From Sphingobacteriia bacterium (GTDB lineage Bacteria; Bacteroidota; Bacteroidia; Chitinophagales; Chitinophagaceae), in contig JAYTXG010000121.1 in assembly GCA_043743375.1 (NCBI GenBank), forward strand, positions 1 through 39,457: a DNA stretch of 39,457 bases, in the 5' to 3' direction. Shown piece by piece: positions 1 to 7,961 of this stretch. The notes beneath the pieces were generated by a model. That model did no database searches. It saw only the letters and a list, made by a program, of their open reading frames with translations, and was not told the DNA's origin. Positions within the stretch are counted from its first letter, which is position 1, and each line of letters starts with the position of its first letter. The position numbers and the translations under genes are program-made.

Positions 1-759
1 AGTAGAGGTATTTCCAATTTTTTGAAACAACCTAGTATAATACTAGATAATGTAAAAGAAATACCCGGATTTGGCATTGAAGCTTGGGAGAATGATACAT
101 TTTATAAAGCAGGTTCAGTAAAATTCATTGGCAAAAATACTATGCATGATCTTGGCTCAGCGGTTTGGATTTCTATCAATGATGTAGTGGTTGGTAAGTT
201 TGAAATGGAGAATCAATTGCGTGAAAATGTAGACCAGTTAATTCATGCGTTACCGTATTCCATCACAGTGTTAAGTGGTGATAATAATAAATCTAAATCA
301 TATTTAGCTAAGCAATTTAATCGAAAAGTTGACTTCCAATTTAATCAAACTCCCGAAAATAAATTAAACTACATTACTCAATTGCAACATAATCATCAAT
401 TGGTTATGATGGTTGGAGATGGTTTAAATGATGCAGGTGCATTACGTAAAAGTGATATTGGTATTGCTGTTGTAGAAAATACAATCCAGTTCTCTCCAGC
501 TAGTGATGCCATTTTAGTGGCTAATAAATTGCCCTTTCTAAATCAATTTATTGTTGCCTCTATCTTAGCAAAAAAATTAATTACTATTACGTTTATTGTA
601 TCACTTGTGTATAATATAGTTGGCTTATATTTTTCAATAACTGCTCAATTAAAACCAATAATCGCTGCAATATTAATGCCGTTGAGCACAATTAGCATTG
701 TAACTATTACACTTATAGGATCTCTTTACATCAGAAAAAAATGTTTTAACAATTTGTAA
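1..759 (+). CDS. ccoI: P1B-type Cu-transporting ATPase CcoI/FixI, C-terminal part (5' end outside window)
   Basis: Frame 1 is open from base 1 (SRGISNFLKQ...). Motifs LSGD, MVGDGLNDAGAL, TM YN and MPLST. Lies directly upstream of ccoS/ccoNO. Confidence 0.9.
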   Translation, partial: SRGISNFLKQPSIILDNVKEIPGFGIEAWENDTFYKAGSVKFIGKNTMHDLGSAVWISINDVVVGKFEMENQLRENVDQLIHALPYSITVLSGDNNKSKSYLAKQFNRKVDFQFNQTPENKLNYITQLQHNHQLVMMVGDGLNDAGALRKSDIGIAVVENTIQFSPASDAILVANKLPFLNQFIVASILAKKLITITFIVSLVYNIVGLYFSITAQLKPIIAAILMPLSTISIVTITLIGSLYIRKKCFNNL

Positions 760-774
760 CCAACCATCAATTAT

Positions 775-981
775 ATGAAAAAGAATATGGGTAATCTCGA
801 CAAAGTAATTCGTGTACTTGTAGCTATTTTAATACTAGTGCTTTACTTAACAAATGAGATTAGTGGTACTACATCCATTATTTTATTAATTCTAGCTGGA
901 GTATTTATTTTAACCAGTTTTATTAGTTTTTGTCCCTTGTATTTGCCGTTTGGAATTTCTACAAAACAAATAAAAAAATGA
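775..981 (+). CDS. DUF2892/YgaP-like small membrane protein
   Basis: MKKNMGNLDKVIR start, two hydrophobic helices and the FCPLY.PFGIST signature of DUF2892. Confidence 0.85.
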   Translation: MKKNMGNLDKVIRVLVAILILVLYLTNEISGTTSIILLILAGVFILTSFISFCPLYLPFGISTKQIKK

Positions 982-1136
982 AAGTAATTATTTTATTATT
1001 AGGGGTTAGTCTTACTGTAGCAGTAGGTTTTCTACTTGCTTTTATTTGGAGTGCAAAAACTGGGCAATTTGATGATCAGTTTTCTCCACCGAACAAAATT
1101 TTATTTGATAAAAACAATCAAGAACCAAAGAATTAA
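978..1136 (+). CDS. ccoS: cbb3 oxidase maturation protein CcoS/FixS
   Basis: ATG at 978 overlaps the DUF2892 stop (ATGA). One TM helix followed by WSAKTGQFDD, the CcoS W...GQFDD motif. Confidence 0.92.
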   Translation: MKVIILLLGVSLTVAVGFLLAFIWSAKTGQFDDQFSPPNKILFDKNNQEPKN

Positions 1137-1141
1137 TAATT

Positions 1142-3277
1142 ATGCAATTAGAAAAATTTAGTTATGACAATAAGATTGTACGAAATTTTGCATACGCCAC
1201 CATATTATGGTCTATAGTTGGAATGCTAATAGGCATAATCATTGCTTTTGAATTAGCTTACCCAGCTCTAAATTTTGGAATTCCATACATTTCATTTGGA
1301 AGACTTCGTCCCCTTCATACAAACGCTGTGATTTTTGCATTTGTAGGTAACGGTATTTTTACTGGAACTTATTATATGCTTCCCAGATTACTAAAAGCAA
1401 GTATGTGGAGTAAAAAGTTAAGTTATGTACATTTTTGGGGATGGCAGTTAATTATAGTTTTTGCTGCAATTACATTACCTCTAGGATTAACAGAAGGTAA
1501 AGAATATGCCGAGCTAATTTGGCCAATCGATATTTTAATTACATTGATATGGGTTGTATTTGGCATAAATATGTTCGGTACAATTCTTACCAGAAGGGAA
1601 AGACATTTGTATGTTGCAATATGGTTTTTAATTGGTACTTGGGTTACTGTTGCTATGTTGCATATTGTTAATTCATTTGCTTTGCCAACATCCTTTACGC
1701 ATAGTTATAGTTGGTATGCTGGTGTACAAGATGCACTAGTGCAATGGTGGTACGGGCACAATGCCGTGGCCTTCTTTCTTACTACACCTTATTTGGGATT
1801 GATGTATTATTTTGTTCCAAAAGCAGCAAATAGACCAATTTATTCTTATCGATGGAGCATCATTCATTTTTGGGCGTTGATTTTTATTTATATATGGGCC
1901 GGACCTCATCACTTATTATACACGGCATTGCCAGACTGGGCTCAGTCACTTGGTGTTGTATTTAGTATCATGCTTATCCTTCCTAGTTGGGGAGGTATGT
2001 TGAATGGAATTTTTACACTACGTGGAGCTTGGGATAAAGTAAAAGAAGATCCAATTTTAAAAATGTTTGTAGTAGCACTTACCTGCTATGGAATGAGCAC
2101 ATTTGAAGGACCCATGCTTTCATTAAAAAATGTAAATGCCATTGCACACTATACCGACTGGATTATAGCTCACGTACACGTTGGGGCATTAGGTTGGAAT
2201 GGATTTTTAACTTTTGGAATGTTATATTGGTTAATACCAAGAATATTTAATACTACATTATATTCTAAAAAATGGGCAAACACACATTTTTTAATTGGTA
2301 CAATTGGTATTTTACTATACGCCATTCCATTGTATTGGGCATCATTTTCACAAGCATTAATGTGGAAAGAATTTACTGCAGAAGGGCAATTAAAATACCA
2401 GTTTTTAGAAACAGTTACACGTATTCTGCCGATGTATATTTTACGTGGATTAGGTGGAATCGTTTATATGGCTGGAGTAGTATTGATGGTAGTTAATTTA
2501 TTTAAAACAATTAAAAGTGGTTCATTAATTGAAGTAGAATATGCAGAAGCACCTTCACTTGAATCCATTCCTTTGCCACCCGGAAAACAATTTTGGCATT
2601 CTGCTATTGAACGTAGACCAATAAGAATGTTGATTGTTAGTTTGGTTGTGGTTGTTATAGGGGGTGCTATTGAACTAGTTCCAACTTTTTTAATAAAGGA
2701 AAATATTCCAACTATTAGTACAGTTAAACCATATACTCCACTCGAGTTGCAAGGCAGAGATATTTATATAAGAGAAGGCTGTTATAATTGCCACTCACAA
2801 ATGATTAGACCCTTTAGAGATGAAGTTGCTCGTTATGGTGATTATTCTAAATCGGGCGAGTTTGTTTATGACCATCCATTTCAATGGGGTAGTAAGCGAA
2901 CCGGTCCAGATTTGGCAAGAGAAGGTGGTAAATATCCTAATAGTTGGCATTACAGACATATGAATGCCCCTGAAGAAATTTCTCAAGGAAGTATAATGCC
3001 CCGATATCCTTGGTTATTGGATGATGATTTAGATACCACTAGTACTCCAATAAAAATTAGAGCTATGCAAACATTGGGGGTTCCATATGCTAAAGGATTT
3101 GATGAAAAAGCAAATGCTGATTTAAGAACGCAGGCTGAAGAAATTACTACTGATTTAAAAGCCAATAAAATTAAAGCCAATAGCCATAAGGAAATTATTG
3201 CAATGATTGCTTATCTGCAAAGAATGGGTACTGATTTGAAAAAAGCACCTGAAAAAGAAATTATAAATCTTCATTAA
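1142..3277 (+). CDS. ccoN: cbb3-type cytochrome c oxidase subunit I/II fusion (CcoN-CcoO)
   Basis: His-ligand motifs RPLHTN, WWYGHN, GPHH and AHVH, followed by a CcoO domain with CYNCH and WGSKRTGPDL. Confidence 0.97.
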   Translation: MQLEKFSYDNKIVRNFAYATILWSIVGMLIGIIIAFELAYPALNFGIPYISFGRLRPLHTNAVIFAFVGNGIFTGTYYMLPRLLKASMWSKKLSYVHFWGWQLIIVFAAITLPLGLTEGKEYAELIWPIDILITLIWVVFGINMFGTILTRRERHLYVAIWFLIGTWVTVAMLHIVNSFALPTSFTHSYSWYAGVQDALVQWWYGHNAVAFFLTTPYLGLMYYFVPKAANRPIYSYRWSIIHFWALIFIYIWAGPHHLLYTALPDWAQSLGVVFSIMLILPSWGGMLNGIFTLRGAWDKVKEDPILKMFVVALTCYGMSTFEGPMLSLKNVNAIAHYTDWIIAHVHVGALGWNGFLTFGMLYWLIPRIFNTTLYSKKWANTHFLIGTIGILLYAIPLYWASFSQALMWKEFTAEGQLKYQFLETVTRILPMYILRGLGGIVYMAGVVLMVVNLFKTIKSGSLIEVEYAEAPSLESIPLPPGKQFWHSAIERRPIRMLIVSLVVVVIGGAIELVPTFLIKENIPTISTVKPYTPLELQGRDIYIREGCYNCHSQMIRPFRDEVARYGDYSKSGEFVYDHPFQWGSKRTGPDLAREGGKYPNSWHYRHMNAPEEISQGSIMPRYPWLLDDDLDTTSTPIKIRAMQTLGVPYAKGFDEKANADLRTQAEEITTDLKANKIKANSHKEIIAMIAYLQRMGTDLKKAPEKEIINLH

Positions 3278-3286
3278 AATAATACT

Positions 3287-3448
3287 ATGAAATTTAAAAA
3301 TTATTTAACCAGCATAGATCACGTAGCAATTTATCCTTTGATTTCATTGCTCATTTTCACCGTATTCTTTGCAGTGGTTTCTTGGTATGTATTCAGCGCA
3401 AGTAAAGCGTCTATGAATGAAAGGAGCAATATCCCAATTAAAGACTGA
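3287..3448 (+). CDS. ccoQ: cbb3 oxidase small subunit CcoQ (53 aa; absent from the ORF track)
   Basis: Hand translation from ATG 3287 to TGA 3446-3448: MKFKNYLTSIDHVAIYPLISLLIFTVFFAVVSWYVFSASKASMNERSNIPIKD. Single TM helix, located between ccoNO and ccoP. Confidence 0.9.
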   Translation: MKFKNYLTSIDHVAIYPLISLLIFTVFFAVVSWYVFSASKASMNERSNIPIKD

Positions 3449-3462
3449 TAAATTAATTTAAC

Positions 3463-4656
3463 ATGTTACTGAAATTTAAAAAAAATCAATCAAGCTTTTC
3501 AATGAAAGTATTTTATTCATTATTTGTCATTTTTTTGTTCAATTTTTATAATGCTGTTTTTTCTCAAACTACAGCTGGTTCAGGTGAAGTTAAGCAAGTA
3601 AAAGCTACTTTTTATGATATCACTTTTGCTTATACACTAGCAGGAGTAGGCATTTTACTAACTTGTGTAATATATATTTTGGGAATAGTATTTTTAATGG
3701 CCATCAAAAATAAAATGCTAGAGGATAAAAAGAATGGGATTTTTACTAAATCGACTATGGTTATTGGGCTTATTTTTAGTGCTGCTTCATCGGCCAATGC
3801 ACAAACTATTTCTCAAGGCAGTACCCAAGTAGTTTCTGAAAATGTGATGTACATTATTGGAGTTGTTTTAATACTTGAAATGATTATTATATTTTACTTA
3901 GCATTTGGTATAAGAACTTTTCTAAAAAAAGAGTCTCCAATTTTTATACCAGTTATAAGCCATGAAAAGATAAAAATTAATAAAATACCTTGGTTTGATC
4001 GTTTGTATAATTGGAACTCTGCTGAAGACATTGTTAAGTTAGATCTTGGTCATAATTATGACGGTATAAAGGAGTTGGATAATGATATTCCTATTTGGTG
4101 GAAATATGGATTTGGATTGAGTATTCTATTTGGTGTGGTTTATTTATATAGCTATCATGTTGCAGGAACAAGGCCATTACAGCAAAGGGAATTACAAATT
4201 GAACAAGAAATCGCCGCGGTAAAACAAGCAGCATTTTTAGAAAAATCAGCTAGTAATGTAGATGAAAATACGGTAAAGATGCTAGGAATCGATGAAATAG
4301 CGGCTGGAAAAACGTTGTTTATTAAACCGGGTGCTTGTGCCACTTGCCATGCCGAAAATGGAAGTGCAATAGTAAACGGTGCTTCAGGAATTGGGCCTAA
4401 CTTAACAGATGATTATTGGATTCATAAAGGAGATATTAAATCTATTTTTTACACTATTAAATATGGCTGGCCAGAGAAAGGAATGAAGTCATGGAAAGAT
4501 GATTATTCGCCAAAGCAAATTGCTCAGCTAGCTAGTTTTGTAAAATCACTTCATGGAACTAATCCCACGCCTGCAAAAGAAAAACAAGGAGTTATATACA
4601 TTGATAGTAGTACTATAAAAGTTGTAGATACAAAAGCTGTTGCCGAATTTAATTAA
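3463..4656 (+). CDS. ccoP: cbb3 oxidase subunit III CcoP, mono-heme, with a long hydrophobic N-terminal extension
   Basis: HNYDGIKELDNDIPIWW CcoP N-domain motif, a single CATCH heme site, GPNLTDDYW and KGMKSW. Alternative start at ATG 3502. Confidence 0.93.
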   Translation: MLLKFKKNQSSFSMKVFYSLFVIFLFNFYNAVFSQTTAGSGEVKQVKATFYDITFAYTLAGVGILLTCVIYILGIVFLMAIKNKMLEDKKNGIFTKSTMVIGLIFSAASSANAQTISQGSTQVVSENVMYIIGVVLILEMIIIFYLAFGIRTFLKKESPIFIPVISHEKIKINKIPWFDRLYNWNSAEDIVKLDLGHNYDGIKELDNDIPIWWKYGFGLSILFGVVYLYSYHVAGTRPLQQRELQIEQEIAAVKQAAFLEKSASNVDENTVKMLGIDEIAAGKTLFIKPGACATCHAENGSAIVNGASGIGPNLTDDYWIHKGDIKSIFYTIKYGWPEKGMKSWKDDYSPKQIAQLASFVKSLHGTNPTPAKEKQGVIYIDSSTIKVVDTKAVAEFN

Positions 4657-4665
4657 ATAAAACGT

Positions 4666-6057
4666 ATGAATGAGCATGAAATTGGGGAAGAAGAGTTTAG
4701 AAACCGGCATTCAACAATTAATGTAGAAGGTAAACGAAATTGGGTATACGCAATTCAGCCGAAAGGTAAATTATATCAATTTCGTAGCCGGATAAGTTAT
4801 TTTTATTTATTGTTGTTTATTTCATTGCCATTTATAAAAATTGATGGTAACCCGATGTTCCAATTTAATTTCTCGGAAGGCGAATTTATCTTCTTTGGCG
4901 TATTATTCACACCACAAGATTTCATCATGTTTGGAATCGGGATGCTTATTTTTATCCTGTTCATTATTATTTTTACGTTAATCTATGGAAGAATTTTCTG
5001 TGGCTGGATTTGCCCTCAAACCATTTTTATGGAAATGGTTTTTCGTAAAATTGAATATTGGATTGAAGGAGATGGAAATAAGCAAAAGCTGAATAACAAT
5101 AAAAAATGGACGAATGAATTATACATCCGAAAAACCATTAAACACCTTATTTTTTTAGCTATTTCTTTTGGTATATCCAATATTTTTCTTTCCTATATTA
5201 TTGGCACAAATGCGTTGATAATTATGATGAAAGAACCGGTTTCTGGTCATTTAGTTGGATTTATAACAATGATATTTTTTACACTCACTTTTTATGCTGT
5301 ATACGCATTTGTTAGAGAGATTGTATGTACAGTAATTTGCCCTTATGGCAGATTACAAGGGGTATTACTAGACAAAAATTCAATTGTAGTAGCGTACAAT
5401 TATTTACGTGGTGAACCACGTAATAAAAAGAAAATAACTACGGGAACAGGTGATTGTATTGATTGTGGAATGTGTATAAATGTTTGCCCCACTAATATTG
5501 ATATTAGAAACGGAACTCAGTTAGAGTGCATAAACTGTAGTGCTTGTATTGATGCATGTAACATGATGATGAAAAATATTGGCAAACCTCCTGAACTAAT
5601 CACCTTCGCATCCGAAAGTAGTATTGCTTCTGGTAAAAAATTTGAATTTACTTATCGCATAAAATCATATACTGCGGTACTTGGAATATTAATGGTATTG
5701 TTAACTTTGCTTATAGTTTCTCGTACAACTTTTGATTCAACAATTTTGCGTGTACCTGGACAAACTTTACAAGAAAATGCTGATGGAACAATTAGTAACC
5801 TTTATCGCATTAAAGTTACCAATAAGAGTAATAAAACATTAGCTTACCAAATAGTTACAACCAATCCAGCTGTTAAAATAGAAAGAATTGGAGCTCCATT
5901 AGATAGTTTGAGAGGTCGGCAATTAGCAGAAGAAACCTTTTTCTTAAAAGTGTTACCAAAAAATGTAAAAAAACGCAAAGTAGATTTCGATTTATTACTG
6001 ATGAGTGGTAATAAGGTAATGGAAAAAAAATCTGCTATTTTTATTAGCGAATATTAA
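4666..6057 (+). CDS. ccoG: cbb3 accessory protein CcoG/FixG (4Fe-4S membrane protein)
   Basis: FCGWICPQT, CTVICPYGRLQ, CIDCGMCINVCP and CINCSACIDAC motifs. Confidence 0.96.
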   Translation: MNEHEIGEEEFRNRHSTINVEGKRNWVYAIQPKGKLYQFRSRISYFYLLLFISLPFIKIDGNPMFQFNFSEGEFIFFGVLFTPQDFIMFGIGMLIFILFIIIFTLIYGRIFCGWICPQTIFMEMVFRKIEYWIEGDGNKQKLNNNKKWTNELYIRKTIKHLIFLAISFGISNIFLSYIIGTNALIIMMKEPVSGHLVGFITMIFFTLTFYAVYAFVREIVCTVICPYGRLQGVLLDKNSIVVAYNYLRGEPRNKKKITTGTGDCIDCGMCINVCPTNIDIRNGTQLECINCSACIDACNMMMKNIGKPPELITFASESSIASGKKFEFTYRIKSYTAVLGILMVLLTLLIVSRTTFDSTILRVPGQTLQENADGTISNLYRIKVTNKSNKTLAYQIVTTNPAVKIERIGAPLDSLRGRQLAEETFFLKVLPKNVKKRKVDFDLLLMSGNKVMEKKSAIFISEY

Positions 6058-6067
6058 ATTTTATTAT

Positions 6068-6502
6068 ATGAATTGGGGTACAAGAGTTTTTATAGGATAT
6101 GCGGCAGGTGTTTGTTTTATTTCCTATTTTGTTATTAGGAGTATGATGCTTACTACCGAAATGGTTGAACCAGATTATTATAATAAAGAGCTCGCTTTTA
6201 ACGAACACATACAAGGAGTAAATAATGCAAAAATGCTCGATAAACCAATTTCTATAAAATATAATGAATCTCAATTAGAGATAACTATTGATTCAGTTAT
6301 TGCTCAATCTATGCAAAAAGGGGAGATTTATTTTTATAACCCTGCTTCCGAAAAGGCAGATAAAAAAGTAGTGATGAGTCCGTCAAATGGGCAATATGTT
6401 TTTAATAATAATATTTTAACGAAGGGTAAGTATTATGTGCGTGTTTCATTTGAATACCAACAAAAACCTTTTTTTACTGAAGCAATTATTTTTATAAAGT
6501 AA
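6068..6502 (+). CDS. ccoH: CcoH/FixH family protein
   Basis: MNWG start, single TM, DYYNKEL motif, position after ccoG. Confidence 0.88.
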   Translation: MNWGTRVFIGYAAGVCFISYFVIRSMMLTTEMVEPDYYNKELAFNEHIQGVNNAKMLDKPISIKYNESQLEITIDSVIAQSMQKGEIYFYNPASEKADKKVVMSPSNGQYVFNNNILTKGKYYVRVSFEYQQKPFFTEAIIFIK

Positions 6503-7218
6503 TGATGGAATTAATAATTATTTCTGCTTTCATGATGGGCTTTATAGGAAGCGTTCATTGCGTTGGAATGTGTGGACCATTGGCCATTTCAATGCCATTT
6601 AGTTTTTTTTCTTCATTTAAAAAATGGACAGCAATTTTATTATATAATATAGGTAGGGTTATTGCTTATTCAATTACTGGAATATTTGTAGGATTAGTTG
6701 GTAGGGGAACTAATTGGTTTGGAATTACACAAATAATTTCGCTCATACTTGGTGCACTTATTATTATTTCTGTTGTTTCTCCAGCTATTTTAAAAGTTAT
6801 AGGAATAAGGTTTCCCCAATGGGTAAATAAAAATCAGGTAAGTGCGCTACAATTTTTAATAAAAAAGCAATCTGTTGGATGGATGTTTTTAGTAGGAGTG
6901 CTAAATGGTTTTTTGCCATGCGGGTTGGTTTATATGGCAGTAGCAGCCGCATTATCGACTAATACCATTTTAGGCGCTGTAACCTTTATGGCTTTTTTTG
7001 GCCTTGGTACAATTCCAGCTATGATTACTGTTATAATTGCAGGGCAACATTTGCCGCAAACATGGAGAATAAGGTTTAGAAAATTAGTGCCTATTGTAAC
7101 ATTCATTGTCGGCACACTTTTGATTTTACGAGGACTAAATTTAGATATTCCTTTTGTGAGTCCTTACATGCATCAAAGCTTACCAGGAGTTAATAGTGTA
7201 GATTGTGTTGCACCTTAA
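6502..7218 (+). CDS. DsbD_2 / TauE-SafE-like membrane protein typical of cco clusters
   Basis: SVHCVGMCGP and NGFLPCGLVY motifs, about six TM helices. Start overlaps the ccoH stop (TAATG). Confidence 0.88.
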   Translation: MMELIIISAFMMGFIGSVHCVGMCGPLAISMPFSFFSSFKKWTAILLYNIGRVIAYSITGIFVGLVGRGTNWFGITQIISLILGALIIISVVSPAILKVIGIRFPQWVNKNQVSALQFLIKKQSVGWMFLVGVLNGFLPCGLVYMAVAAALSTNTILGAVTFMAFFGLGTIPAMITVIIAGQHLPQTWRIRFRKLVPIVTFIVGTLLILRGLNLDIPFVSPYMHQSLPGVNSVDCVAP

Positions 7219-7219
7219 T

Positions 7220-7960
7220 TCATAATTGCGAAATCCATATTCTGCTTGCGCCTTCTTTGCCCCAGTCTTTCAATCCTTTTTGAAGTTCTGCTTTCAATTG
7301 TATTCTAGTTACTTTTTTACCTTTTTGTAGAGGACTCAATTGTGCAACAGTAGGTTCAACTAATTCTAATTTAGTTGCAAACCAAGTAGTATATAATCTT
7401 GGAACCGCTAATCCTAGTATTAATCCAGGTAAACCTCCAAAGTTTTCTGGGCCCGCACTAATTGGAATTTGGTCTGTATAAAATGCAACAACATATACGG
7501 AGTCGCATATTTTCGTAACTGCTTTTCTACATTCAAAACCAGCAATTTCGCGGGTTTCATCGGATATCTTCCATTCTAAATTTCGACTACTGTCTTTTAT
7601 TAAATAAGTATTTTCAAAAATATCTTTTTGACTACTAATTATATTATTCTGCAAATCATTTACAATGGCATCTGTTTCAGATGGTTTAGCACCCCACATC
7701 ATATACTTATTATCGAGATTAACTCTTGCTAATTTATAAACACATTTTTTGTCATTGAACCTTAATTCATAGATATCGGTAACAAATTTTGGTATTGCTT
7801 TCATTCTTTCTACATTCCAAACATTGTCTTTATCATCTTCAAGAGGTTTATGCTGATTAATTTTCTTTTCATACTCTACTTTGCCGAATTGAATAAATTG
7901 TGTTTGAGCAGAAACAGTAAAAAATGCTACACTAAAAATGGTTGATAATAAATTTTTCAT
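7220..7960 (-). CDS. GLPGLI family exported protein
   Basis: Literal GPENFGGLPGLIL motif and WKISDETREIAGFECRKA. Signal peptide MKNLLST...VSAQ from ATG 7960, which is preferred over 7990. Confidence 0.9.
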   Translation of the reverse strand: MKNLLSTIFSVAFFTVSAQTQFIQFGKVEYEKKINQHKPLEDDKDNVWNVERMKAIPKFVTDIYELRFNDKKCVYKLARVNLDNKYMMWGAKPSETDAIVNDLQNNIISSQKDIFENTYLIKDSSRNLEWKISDETREIAGFECRKAVTKICDSVYVVAFYTDQIPISAGPENFGGLPGLILGLAVPRLYTTWFATKLELVEPTVAQLSPLQKGKKVTRIQLKAELQKGLKDWGKEGASRIWISQL

Positions 7961-7961
7961 G

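Noticed and set aside
930-977. Longer ccoS start given in the ORF track
   Set aside because: It overlaps DUF2892 by 52 bp. ATG 978 gives a typical CcoS with ATGA coupling.
1142-3277. CcoN-CcoO fusion as a novelty
   Set aside because: This is the usual arrangement in Bacteroidota cbb3 operons.
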